Shown here: positions 38,320 through 50,559 of the stretch, piece by piece
How the letters are laid out: every line of letters begins with the position of its first letter
How positions within the stretch are numbered: the first letter of the stretch is position 1
NCBI GenBank assembly: GCA_964016885.1
Contig: OZ024744.1
Span: 90,520,001-90,584,000 of the forward strand
DNA: 64,000 nucleotides
Direction: 5' to 3'
From: Eledone cirrhosa
Taxonomy: Eukaryota
The notes under the pieces: model-generated
What the model was told of the DNA's origin: nothing
Seen by the model: only the letters and a program-made list of their open reading frames with translations
Databases searched by the model: none
Made by a program: the position numbers and the translations under genes

Positions 38320-38760
38320 ATGGATTGGCAGTATTAATGGAGGGTCGGATGCCATGCTTTGCAGCATAGACCTTTATGGTCTGAGTTCAAATCCCACCAA
38401 CATTAACTTTGCCTTTCATCCTTATGGGGTTGATAAAATAAAGTACCAGTAATGCACTGTGATAATTGCTAGCTTTGCACCAAAAGTAGAAACATTTATT
38501 AAGGTACTGTTTGGAACACAACTTAACAAAGGATCTTATATAAAAAATAATGAAGGAAGCTTTTAATTTAATTATATAAAATTTATAATTGTTTCTACTT
38601 TTTGGCACAAGGCCAGCAATTATCCCAGTGTATTACTTTATTTTATCGACCCCGTAAGGATGAAAGGCAAAGTTAACCTTGGCGGGATTTGAACTCAGTC
38701 TGTAAAGGGACGTAACTGTGCTGCAAAGCATGGCGTCCGACCCTCTACCGATACTGCCAG
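38320..38760. mobile_element. Tail-to-tail SINE A pair
   Basis: 38320-38500 (+), 38588-38760 (-). Confidence 0.85.
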
Positions 38761-39039
38761 AATCCTGGGAGGTCCCAGATGGGTTGATTTTAAAAGGGTT
38801 AACCACTAACTAAAATGTTTTAATAACCAAATGCTATGATATCATTAAGACAACCAAGAAACATTCCATCAAATATGCAGATACAGCTTCTTAGGACGCT
38901 GGTTAAAGCTGTACTGGAGTGAGCTGTATCAACTAAAATGTCAGGTTCCACTTGGTAAATAACATGTTTTTTTTTGTTTATTGAATTATTACCTTGTAAT
39001 TATACCTTGTATCCTAGTCAGGGTTAATATTCCCTCAAT

Positions 39040-39420
39040 TCTGAAACCAGCCAGATAGTCCATGGTTGATGGGAAGAGTCCCAATGTTTTTTACTCATTA
39101 GCCCTTGGGATGGAGGTTGATACCTCATATTTGAGACCACTGTCAACAACTCTTTCACTTCCTTCATACATTCCAGGTGCTGTAAATATAGATGGAGAGC
39201 CACTGCATCCCTAGGTGAATGGAATAAACAACTGAAATACTGTCATTTATAAGTAAATTACATTTTTTAGTCTGATGCAATTGAGATATTCATGGTAGTT
39301 AACAAGGTTTTTGAAATAATTGTGGGTCGACTTACTGAAGGGTCAAGTGATGCTCAGAAGTCTGCTTGGCTATTCCAACACCTTAGCTTTGCTCTCTTAC
39401 CTGCAGCAGTGCTGCAAGTG
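39040..39420 (+). pseudogene. CRE-like endonuclease remnant
   Basis: Nucleotide similarity to 33725-34130 (gggaagag.cc.aat, ac.gt.a.caactcttt, gaatggaataaa). Confidence 0.55.
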
Positions 39421-39503
39421 TCTTGGTCTTCTTAAAAAATTATTTGAGAGGAAACTCGAAATTCTAGTATCCCTTGTTGTATCTTTTTCCTTTCTCCTCC
39501 TCC

Positions 39504-39535
<32 letters not shown>

Positions 39536-39904
39536 CTTCTTCTTCTTCTTCTTCTTCTTCTTCTTCTTCTTCTTCTTCTTCTCCCCCCTCCCCCTCCTCC
39601 TCCTTCTTTGCCCACTTGTTGCTGAGCAGGTCGTGAGGCCCAAGTCCTCAAACACTTTTTCCAGTGGGTCTTGCCAGAAGCAACTGTTTCCAACTGATCT
39701 GGCTGGATCCCCAGGTGAGACCAGCTAAGTTCATAGATGTTATCCAACCATCTTGCTCTGGGTCTACCATTAGGTCTCCTGTCAATTGGTTTTGCCCATA
39801 AAATCTATCCCGCTATTCTTTTTTCATTACTGTAGTATTAAAAAACAAAACAATAAAAACTATGCCCAAATTATCATCTCTTTCTACCTCTTCTAAATCT
39901 GTTT

Positions 39905-40330
39905 TTAGATGGATAAAGGCACTGGAGAGGTCTTGACTGTGTTAATTGGACGACAAGGTCACTTCAGAAGCTCTCTACATTCCAGAACCACATCATGAGA
40001 CTTATGACTAGCAAGCGGCTCAGTGACCATATCTGTATCAGTAAGCTGCTCAACATTACCAGAATTGGACCAATTACATCAATTGTCAAATCAAGAGTAC
40101 TCAAACTATATGGCCATAGAAAAAGATCAACTCGTGGTGTGAGTAGGTTATTCCTGGAAGGAAGGTTGGCTGGTAAGAGAAGCAGAGGCCAGCAGCCAAA
40201 ACGATGGCTTGACAATGTCAGCTTATGGACTGGACTTGATCTTTGCTCTTTAAACTCTGCTGTTGGTGATCAAACTTTTTGGAGAAAAATATCTCATGTT
40301 GATGCGCAGTCTGCAACTGGCGGAGTTTAG
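39905..40330 (+). pseudogene. RTE-like LINE C-terminal fragment
   Basis: LKLYGH..R...LEGRLAGKRSRGQQPKRWLD. Confidence 0.7.
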
Positions 40331-41172
40331 CGTCATAGACACATTGGAATGGAGAGAGGGAAACAGTTGTTAATGCCAGGAATGTGGTACAAGTTAATCT
40401 CGAGACATTCTTCAGTTATGTGACAGTAGTGGTAATAATCGTTTCTATTTTTGGCACAAGGCCAGAAATTTGAAGGGGAAAGTCGATGAACTCAATCTGT
40501 GTGTTACTGGTGCTTTATTTTATCGACCCTCTAATGATTAAAGGCAAATCTAACCTCAGTGGGATTTGATCTCAGAATATAAAAGGCTGTAACTCTGTAC
40601 CGCAAAGCATAGGGTCCGTCGCTCAACAGATATTGCCAAACTGCCCTAGTAGTAGCAGTAGTAGTAGTGATACAAATATTACACCCAACTAGGCTGAAAA
40701 GAAATATAGTACAAGTTAACCCAATGACCTAGTCTTCAGCCTAGTTATGTGGCAATAGTAATAAGAGATAATAATAATAATGTTCGACCCAACTCTAGTT
40801 AAATTAAGAGCCTGAAAGAAAAGAAAAAAAATTAACAGATATTATTGAAATGGTGAGTGTAGATAAGACGGAAGAAGAGGGGAGGGGGCACATTAATATA
40901 ATTCTAATGGAAGGGAGGTAATTCCTTATTAAATGTTTCGTAACAGTTATATTAATTTTACAAAGGAATTCAACTAATGTTTACGATTGTGGTGATATAT
41001 TGTAGGAAATGGAACAATTAGTTATACGCAAAAGCAATCGTTTGTTTACGGATAGGTTATATTATATAGAACGAACTCCAATGAAATACAGCCCACGAGA
41101 AGGAAAGTGAGTGAGAATCGAAATAGTTCTCTGCTACTCCTAAACACTAGGTAGTTTACGGGCAGTATCGAT

Positions 41173-41263
<91 letters not shown>

Positions 41264-42739
41264 TTTACGTCCGTTTTTCTCTGCTTGCAAGGGTGGGACG
41301 GGTCCTCTTCAGCACAACATCTCTCCATTTGTCACGTTCCTTTGTAATCTCCTCTGTGAGCTTCAGCGATCTGAGATTAGTTTTCACCACATCTGCCCAT
41401 GCTTTTCGTGGTCTTCCTATGCTGCATCTTGCTTCTACTGGGATTACTTGGCACTATAGTGACTTCATTAGTGAAGAATAACGTGGTCGGCTGTACAATA
41501 GGGCTTATTTGAAATATTAACAATTGTTTCATTTGTCCGGTGTGTCTAAAACTCGATGATCGCACAGAATACTCATAACCTCCATTTGGATTACCTTAAA
41601 CGATGTCTTGTTAACTTATACACACACACATATAATAGAGGAAGAAAACGTAAGAGAAAACCCACACAACCAATCACACTCTGCAAGGGGCGTTTGAGTT
41701 TTCTTCTACTGCTGAACAACAGACTGAAAAACAAAACAAAAAATTATATTATTGATAATTCCTGTCATTTTAGAATGTTATTCCATTTGGCTACGTATAC
41801 AATGTCCCTCACCATCGCCACAGTATCCTGGATGGAGGAAAGGAGCCAAATAGTTTCTGACAGTGGCATCCCAAATAAGACATCTACCTCTTACCTAGAG
41901 GGCAATGGGTAAGCCAATCTGGCCTCTACCCATCGATCCTGGACATTCCAGCTGGCCCCAGAATTGAGGGGATATTGGTTTGAGCCAGGGTCCGCTTGAT
42001 AAATAGGTTCAGCTTGGTATAGCGAGAAAAACAGCAGGTCTCTAACCTGGGTTTACATTAATTCAATGGGTTCATTAAAATATTTCAGGGTCTGTCAGGA
42101 AAGTTTGACAATTCCTCATCACATTCGTCATACCATTCTAAAAATTCTGCTTTAATATGTCATTCTTATATAAAATGGTTCGACAGTGATCTAGTGTGGT
42201 CGCCGTTTGCTAGACATGTGTTTCCCCAGCTGTCTTGATGGAGCTGCAGTCCTGGGTCAAGAGAAGACTGAGAGGGAGCTCTTGGAGACTGGAAGTCTTC
42301 AGGCGCTCACAGCCCTCGACCAGTCGGGCAATGCAATCGGTGGAAACTCCATCTTGGCATTCTATAAAGGGGTAGTGGAGGGAAAGAGCGACGACGTCCT
42401 TAGGGAGATTCTGGGCATTCAATGAAAATTAACTAGCCAATCTCTTCGGGAGAACTTTCGGGCCGGGGCCCATAGACAACTTCCAGAAATCCCTGGCCTG
42501 GCAGTGCTACTGAGGAGCTTTGCCAGTTCGGGATAAACTCTACAGGCATGGAAGTGTTGTCAATCAAGCGTGTCCGAGATGTATGTAGGGCGACGAAACC
42601 GTCCTCCACGCACGCGTCCAGTGTCTGAGCATTGCTGACTTGTGGGTTTATGTTGAACACCTGCTGTCGCGTGCAGGACGGATCCGGCTATCAGCTGAGT
42701 CCATGGTTCTTTATAAGTCTATCAGTAATATTTGAGATT

Positions 42740-43650
42740 CTTCTTCTTCACCCACTTATTTCTGAGGAGGTTCTGGGGGAAAAGTCCTCAAACACTCCTT
42801 CCAGCAGGTCCTACCAAAAGCAACCATTTCCAACTGATTCAGCTTGATCACCAATCAAGACCAGCCAAGCTCATGGATGTTATCCAACCATCTTGCTTGA
42901 GGTTTACTCCTGGGTTTCCTACCAGTTGGATTTGCTTGTAAAATCTATCCAGCAATTCTTTCCTGGGACATTATAACCACATGCCCATAGTACCAGAGCT
43001 GAGATCTCACATTCCAAAGATAGTGGCTCTATGTGGAGTGATTCTCTTATCTCCAAGATATGCACTCTATCAAGTAACATTACTCCAATGACCCTTCATA
43101 GGAACCCCATTTCAGCAGCTTGTATTCTTGATTGTATTCTTTTGCTCTTCAACCAAGATTCATGACTATAGGTAAGGGTTGGCATGAATGCCAAATTGAA
43201 AATTGCGAGTTTCGCTTTTACACCTACCTCCCTTCTTCTGATGACCGAATGATGAAGCTGACGCATTACTGCACCAGCTCCTGTAATTCCTGCATTAATT
43301 CATCCTCCTACCTTCCATCACTCGTGAACATGGCCCTGAGATACTTGAACTTCAGTGGAATTCCACTCACATGTAGAGTGCACTGCACAGGCTTCCTTGA
43401 GAGGATGAGTGTCTCAGTTTTCACAGCACTGATTTTCATTCTAGCCATGCAGTACTCGGCATCAAACCTATTGAGTGCACCTTCTGTTGAGTTAAGTAAC
43501 ACCATGTCATCTGCAAATTCAAGCTGACTAATTCTACACTTGCCTATTGTGATACCACTTCCAACCCAGCTGTGCATGTCAATCATGTTCATGAAAATAA
43601 TGAATAGGAGAGGTCACAGTTCACATCTTTGGTGGAGTCCAACTCCCCCA
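42740..43650 (-). pseudogene. RTE-like LINE RT and 3' fragment, (GAA)n tail
   Basis: LEFADDMVLL...MKISAVKTETL...FKYL in ORF 43308..43592. Confidence 0.75.
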
Positions 43651-43989
43651 TTTCTTGGCAGAACTGTTCTGCTAGAGGAGGGGTTGCAGGTGGCAGATAG
43701 CAATACGGCCACCAGATATGATGGTTAGTTGTGATATAAGCGAGCTCCTTTTGGATGAATAAGCAACCCCAGGCCAACAATGGTAAATTGCTAGGGGAGA
43801 TAGAGTAATGAATGATACCTATAGCTCCCAAGAAAACTCTTACAACCCAGTGATGTAGCTATAATGTGGTAAGTAAAGGCCACTTCTAAAAAAAGCCTAG
43901 TCTTCACAGGTTTGAGAAAGTAACAGATTGGTGACTGGCATGTATAAGACCACCAAAACTGTAATATGGTGAGAGGTAAGAAAAATATA

Positions 43990-44140
43990 CTGTATTTCCC
44001 AGCATTGAAGATGCTACTTTTTTCCTAAAATAGGTCTAAAAAATCTACCATGCGTCCTGGAGGCTAAAGGTTGTTTATTATTTTTTTTCAAATTTTTGGT
44101 TGTCAAAATTAGGATGCGTCTTCAGCACCAGGAAATACAG
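43990..44140. mobile_element. pogo/Tigger-type MITE
   Basis: TA|ctgtatttcc ... ggaaatacag|TA terminal inverted repeats. Confidence 0.75.
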
Positions 44141-44717
44141 TATGTGGGATTTGTATTGTGAAATATCAAGTTTTACCCTTTTGTTACCATATTTCTAATA
44201 AAATACACTACCTATGATTTTATAATAATTTTGAAAATTATTGAGAATCTGGAGGGATTTAGTCACATAGCTAACGTTCTCATCATAAAAGTGATGTTTG
44301 AAGCCCTACTTAACAATGGTTTATACATAGAATCATTATGAAAAGTGTTTAGATATATACAAACACTTGAAAATCAATTACCACTGCCACCACCATCACC
44401 ATTACCACCTCCTCTTCTACTACCACCACAACCATCACCATCACCCCCATATCAACCCCGCCCCTGTCACCGCTACCATTACCACTACCACCATCATCAC
44501 TACCACAACCACCCTTGCCACCACTACCACTACCACCATCACCACTGTCACCATCACCACTACCACAACCACCCTTGCCACCACCAGTTTGTATATTGGG
44601 AATTTGTTGTCATCTTGTGTATGAATTCCAGAATCTTAAGACCTGACATCAATGTTTCTTCCTATGTCTTCTTTGCCAGAGGTGTCATCTGATGATAGCA
44701 CATGACACTCTACTCTA

Positions 44718-45053
44718 CTCTTAGGTCTCGAATAATCGTCCCCCACCTTATTAATTATTCAAACCCCTGCCCCCTCCACTTACTAAATTTTGCTAATCTA
44801 TCTCCAGCAAAATTATATTTTAAGTGGTAGCATTCCTGTGATAATTAATTTTCTTAAGACATTAAAAAGCATTATACATGACAAAAAAAAACAAAAACAG
44901 AGCATTACAAGAAATCCCATACGTTAAAAAAGAAATAGGATGGGTTTGGGCCTCAATATGTAAATTAAATTACTAATTCAGGTTTTTGAAAAAATCATCG
45001 ATTTTTCTACCCACCGACCCGTTTATTCCTCCTCATTATTTGGGACCCAAGAG
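44718..45053. mobile_element. TA-flanked MITE
   Basis: TA|ctcttaggtctcgaataat ... attatttgggacccaagag|TA; partial second copy at ~45988. Confidence 0.7.
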
Positions 45054-45544
45054 TACCTTATTTTCACCCATTGTTCATTGTCCATTGTCATCATCATCAT
45101 CATCATCATCATCATAATTTTACATCAATTTTTTTTCTGTTTGCATGGGCTGGATGAGTCCTCTCCAGCACAACCTCTTTTCACTTGTAACATTCTTTTA
45201 TCATATTACTATGTAGTTCAGCCTTTTGAGATCAGCTCTAACTACCTTTGTCCAGGACTTCCTAGGTCTTCCTCTACTGCAGCTTTCTTATATTGGTAAC
45301 TCCTGGTTTGTTTAGAAAATGGTTGTCATCCATATCCAATTCTAGTACAATCTTTTCTCTTTCATGCTTCATTTGATTTCTCTTATACCCAGTTTTTTTC
45401 TCAGCTCATCCATGCACATTAACATTCACATCCATCAAAGCATATTTGTTTCATTTCTCTCCAGCCTCTGAATATCGTCTGGCAACTGGCAACTGGCAAC
45501 TGAAAAATTATTAACCATCTTTCCAACAACAGCCCTGAGCACCT

Positions 45545-45895
45545 TTTTCAATTCCATGTGTCTAACACCCGTGGACATGCCTACACAATCAGAAAACAGT
45601 ACAGCTCCCATGACTTTTGGAAACATTTTTATTCATGCTCAGATTTGCTGAAGCATGGAACAAACTACTACCTGCATCAGTTGTTAGCTGTCCGGACACT
45701 GCATCCTTCAAAACTTCAATGCTTCCCCAAATTTGCCAACACTACGCCTGATATTCCCCCTCTATCCATATGCATGCATGCATGTGTGTGTGTGTGTGTG
45801 TGTGTGTGTGCCTGTATGTGTGGTGTGTATGTGTCTGTGTGTATATCATGACTCATACACTGTTCACTTTCCTGACATTTGTACATTATTCTATG
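45545..45895 (+). mobile_element. CR1-like LINE 3' fragment
   Basis: SNTRGHAYTIRKQYSSHDFWKHF. Confidence 0.85.
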
Positions 45896-47131
45896 TTCTG
45901 TAGGGAAGAAGACAGGACTCTGATCCCATCAGGGAAGTGGTCATGTTGGATATGTAGAAAAAGGGTTTATAGTAATTCTATATGATGTACTCTCAGGTCT
46001 TGAATAATCACTCCGACTCCTTCTTATTAGAGTGGTGGATTGGCAGTATCAGTAGAGGGTCGGACGCCATGCTTTGTAGCATAGAGTTACGGCCCTTTAC
46101 AGTCTGAGTTCAAATCCCCCAAGGACCACATGGGTCACATATGTGTTGTCTGATTGCCACATACGACAACTAATTGCTCACATTGCAACTAATTTTTTAT
46201 TTTTTATTACGAAGATAAAACATGCTCGCACTGTAAAAATCTTTGTGTGGGCAGCAGGTGTGCTTATAAAGGACCACATGCGACCCGTGGGCTGCATGTT
46301 TGACATGCCTGGCCTAGAGGACCTCAATAAATAGAAGTGGATTGAGGACCGGGCCCTGATGAACACCTATCTACACACTGAATTCCTCACTAAATTCAAT
46401 TGCTACTCTCTCTTTACTGATAACTCCTCGGTACATGGCTTACAAGTCACTACCTTGATTCCTACTTTATGAGACGATTTCAGCATCCCAGCAACTATCT
46501 TTGATGGTCAAGCAGTTTTTCCATTTTCCATTTCTTTGATTACTCCAATGACTCTGTAACTGCTGCTGTCTCAGGTTGTTTTGTTCATCTGATTAAGAGC
46601 AGAAACCAGTGATCAGTTTCCAAGAAACACTACGAGGAGGTTGAAAAACTTGGGCCCCTTAAGAGATGGATTTTACCCACTCCAAGCAAGATTGTCTTGA
46701 AAACACTCAAACATCTTACTGGCAACAGTTCTAAATCAATGTGTCCTGCATCTGCTAACTCTATTGTTGAATTTCTTTTAAACAGCTGTTTCAAGAATAC
46801 ACATAAGAACTACACCCACTTTATGAAATAAGAAACCACCAACTTGTGGCAAACTCCAGGTAATAATAATGAAATTATTGTGTACAGTGCTCAGGTGCAC
46901 TACAACTCATCAAAGGTGCATGTATAGTACATAGAATAATGTACAAATGTCAGGAAAATAAACAGTGTATGAGTCATGATATAATAACAATAGCAATAAT
47001 GAAATATTGTGCACAGTGCCCAGGTGCACCACAACCCATCAAAAAAGTGCATGTACAGTACATAGGGCAATGCACAAACATCAGTAAAATGAACAGTGCA
47101 CACATGTGTGCATGTGTATGGAAGGGGCACA

Positions 47132-49600
47132 TCAGGTGTAGTTTTGGCGTATTTCGGGAAGCATGAGTGTCTTAAAGGATGCAGTGTCTCGGCAGCTAAC
47201 AATTGACGCAGGCAGTTTGTTCCATGTTTCAGCAACTCTGAGCGTGAAAAAATGTCTGCGAAAGTCATGGGAGCTGTGCTGTTTTCTTATCTTGTAGGCA
47301 TGTCCACGTGTGTTAGACACATGGAGATCAAAGAGGCGCTCAGGGTTGCAGTTGGCGAGATGGTTAAAAACTTTGTGGGTATTCACCAAGTCCACTGCCA
47401 GACGTCGGAGCTTCAATGAATCCATGCCCAGGGAAGCAAGGCGTTCAGAGTATGGTAGGTGTCTGATGGAGGGTATGCGCTTGGTTGCACGTCTCTGAAC
47501 AGTTTCCAGGAGGTCAATGTTCCGAGCAAGATAGGGGTTCCAGACTGATGATGCGAATTCCAAGTGTGGTCGCACCATAGCTGTATACAGTTTTAAATAG
47601 ATGGCTGGAGAGCGGCTAACAAAGGTCTTGCTGAGTGATGCCAAGACACCCTCGGCCTTCTTGACAATCTTAGAGACATGCTTTGTCCAACGCAAATCGT
47701 TGCTGACAGTAATGCCTAGGTCACGTTCACAAGAGGACTTTTTGATGTCAGTGTTGTGGAGGGAGTATGTGGACGCTGGATTTTTCCTTCCAAAATGCAT
47801 GGTGGTACACTTGTCCACAGCCAGCTTCAGTTGCCAGTCTGTGATCCATTGCTGCATTGTGTCCAGGTCTGATTGTAGGAAAGAGTTGTAAATTTCAGGA
47901 TCAGTCCTTTTGATTTCAAGGTACAGCTTGATGTCATCTGCATATTTTAGTACCGTGGCATTCTGTAAGTTGGCATCTATGTCATTAATATATGCCACAA
48001 ACAAAAGAGGACCAAGAACAGATCCCTGTGGTACACCAGATGACATCTCATATGGTGAAGAATGCTGTCCTAGAACCGTGACTACTTCCCTTCGGCTGAG
48101 AATGAAGGATTTCAGCCAGTCGAAAAGATCATCCCTCACACCCATTGCAGAGAGTTTTACCATAAGTCTTTTGTGTGGCACAGAATTAAAAGCCTTAGCA
48201 AAGTCAAGGTAAACAACATCCACCCATGAGCCGCTGTCAGTGATCCGGGTGATGTCCTCAAGGAACTCGATAAGCTGATCACAGCAGCTGGAGTTAGGGA
48301 TAAATCCAAACTGTGAGGGCCGGATGAGGCTGTGAGAGCTCCAGAAGTTCCAAAGTGTTTCTCTGACACAGGATTCCATCAGTTTGGCCATACAGCTAGT
48401 AAGACTGACTGGACGATAGTTGACAGGTGACATGCGGTTGCCCTTTTTGAACAGGGGAATGACACTGGCAGTTTTCCACTGCTCCGGAGTAGCACCATTG
48501 CTGAGACAGTATTGAAAGAAAAAAGAAAGCTGGCGCAAAAGGAAATCCCCGCCACGTTTGAGAAGCAGGTATGTCACACCATCAAGACCAGGGGAGGCAT
48601 AGTTGCGCTTATTCTTAAGGTGACGTCGCAACATTGCAGGTGTAAATTCCATAGTTGTTATGGAATTTGATGTTAGAGATGGTGGAGATGGTACATTCTG
48701 GTTTTCAACAGTAAAAATACTTGCATAGCACTCAGCAATGAGTTCTGCGCATTCCTTGGGATCGTCAGTGATCTGGCTTGTGTGGGGATTGCGAAGAGGA
48801 CCAACTGGAGAGTGAGGTCTCTGCTTTGAATGAACATATTTCCAGAACACCTTACTGTCAGGATTGGTTGCGATGCACTGTTCAAATTCAAGCACTGCCT
48901 TCTTTGTCACTTGCTTGAGATGGTTAGAAGATTTATTCCGTTTTTTTCTGTTGGCATCTGATCTATGCAGTTTATATTCCCGTTCAGCGTTCCGACGTTC
49001 TTTCCTGGCAAGTCGGACTGCTGAAGTTTCCCAGATTGCACTTTTGGGGTGGTTATTTTTCCGCTTCCGTGGCACTGATGCTGCACACGCTATCCATATT
49101 GAGTCCAGGATGCTCTGGAGTATAGAGTTCACATCTCCAGAGTTATACATCTCATGCCAGTTTGGGCGCTGTAGCTCAGTGCAGTACAAGTTCCAATCCG
49201 CCCTCTTCCAATCAAAGCAAGCAGATTGGAGATGGCTCTGGTTTTTGTTGCTGCCCTCAAGTGCCAGATTGGCAATGATCATAGCATGATCAGAGTCGCC
49301 TAGAGGTTCCTCAGTAGTACAACTGATAACCACTTCAGGAGTAGTGGTGAAGATCAGGTCCAAAGTGTTGTCACCTCTTGTTGGAGAGGTGACTACTTGT
49401 GACCAGTTTGAGTCCAGCACTAGTTCAAGGAAATCGTTTGCACCCTGTGGCCAACGAAAGGTTTCCCAATCGATCTCAGGATGATTGAAGTCACCTGCAA
49501 TAAACACATAAGTGGCTGTTTTCTTGGCAGCAACTCTGAGGATATCGCAAAGCTGTGTGTCCTGATGGTAGTTTGGGGGGCGATAAACAACACCAAGGTG
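47132..49600 (-). CDS. CR1-like LINE ORF2 (APE C-terminal half and RT), 5'-truncated but uninterrupted
   Basis: LGVVYRPPN, AGDFNHPEIDW, TRGDNTLDL, SDH, YRPVSLTS, QFGF, YLDFAKAF, GVPQGSVLGPLLF, YADD, TRGH; 3' UTR and (TTA)n at ~46862-47131. Confidence 0.93.
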   Translation of the reverse strand, partial: HLGVVYRPPNYHQDTQLCDILRVAAKKTATYVFIAGDFNHPEIDWETFRWPQGANDFLELVLDSNWSQVVTSPTRGDNTLDLIFTTTPEVVISCTTEEPLGDSDHAMIIANLALEGSNKNQSHLQSACFDWKRADWNLYCTELQRPNWHEMYNSGDVNSILQSILDSIWIACAASVPRKRKNNHPKSAIWETSAVRLARKERRNAEREYKLHRSDANRKKRNKSSNHLKQVTKKAVLEFEQCIATNPDSKVFWKYVHSKQRPHSPVGPLRNPHTSQITDDPKECAELIAECYASIFTVENQNVPSPPSLTSNSITTMEFTPAMLRRHLKNKRNYASPGLDGVTYLLLKRGGDFLLRQLSFFFQYCLSNGATPEQWKTASVIPLFKKGNRMSPVNYRPVSLTSCMAKLMESCVRETLWNFWSSHSLIRPSQFGFIPNSSCCDQLIEFLEDITRITDSGSWVDVVYLDFAKAFNSVPHKRLMVKLSAMGVRDDLFDWLKSFILSRREVVTVLGQHSSPYEMSSGVPQGSVLGPLLFVAYINDIDANLQNATVLKYADDIKLYLEIKRTDPEIYNSFLQSDLDTMQQWITDWQLKLAVDKCTTMHFGRKNPASTYSLHNTDIKKSSCERDLGITVSNDLRWTKHVSKIVKKAEGVLASLSKTFVSRSPAIYLKLYTAMVRPHLEFASSVWNPYLARNIDLLETVQRRATKRIPSIRHLPYSERLASLGMDSLKLRRLAVDLVNTHKVFNHLANCNPERLFDLHVSNTRGHAYKIRKQHSSHDFRRHFFTLRVAETWNKLPASIVSCRDTASFKTLMLPEIRQNYT

Positions 49601-49614
49601 TGGAGAGATTTCTG

Positions 49615-50216
49615 TCAGCTAAATGAGCTAGCCTCAATCATAGGTCAACTCAAGAGCAATAAGACCCAGGGACCCAACGACATTCCCCCCGAATTCTTGA
49701 TACATTGCAGGCCAAGATGTCAGGAATGGCTCAGATAATTCTACTCTTGCAGCTTTATCAACCAAACCATACAGAAGATCTGACAGAAGGCTACTGAAAT
49801 TACCCTTCCAAAACCAAATAAACTTGTAAACCAATCTTCCATCTGTATGTCCCCTTCAAATTCCTAAAGTGATTTTGTCTAGCCAGACTAGAACCAATAG
49901 TCGACCCATAACTGCCAGGTGAGTAAGTGGGTTTTCGCTGTGGCCAGAGCACAGTACATAAGATTGTCAAGCTGACCTATGATATTGAAGATCACTTCAA
50001 AAAGAGCAACAAGGCTGGTCAACCCCATTGCAGCCTATGACACTGTGTGGCACCAGGGCCTAACCCTGAAGCTACTATGAACAATTCCTGACTGTTAATT
50101 GGTGTGGTTTATCTGCAACATTCTAACTAACTGAAGCATTGTCCTGAAGGCCGGTGATGGACAAACCAGCAGACTGCGCTGCTTTTGAAATTGTGTCCCT
50201 CAAGGCTCAGTGTTGT
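49615..50216 (+). pseudogene. Ingi/Vingi-like LINE RT remnant
   Basis: KTQGPNDIPPEFL, GFRCGQST, LTYDIE, AAYDTVWHQGL, VPQGSVL with stops. Confidence 0.65.
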
Positions 50217-50259
50217 AATTTAGGAAAGAGGACCAGATTGGCGAAAGCAAGGTCAACAT

Positions 50260-50498
50260 TTATCCCTTTAGTATTTAAACCGGCCGTGTCCGGTCATAAT
50301 TCTCTCACTTGTTTCTGTTAAAACTGGCTGTAACTGGCTGCTCATATTGATATTAAGGTATTGTTCTCAAAATAAATAATATCAAAATCTCATAGATTCA
50401 ATATTATGTGAGATAATTATGTGAAATATTTATGTGAGGTAAAGCCTTAACCGTGAAAATATCATAAATATAGAATAATGCAAACGCTAACGGGTTAA
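50260..50498. mobile_element. TTAA-flanked MITE
   Basis: ccctttagtattta ... aaacgctaacgggttaa; homologous to 21859-22087. Confidence 0.75.
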
Positions 50499-50559
50499 GG
50501 TCGTATTTCATCTGCCTGAATGGAAACTGCCTGGTTGCTTAGAGTCAAACAGTAATAGC

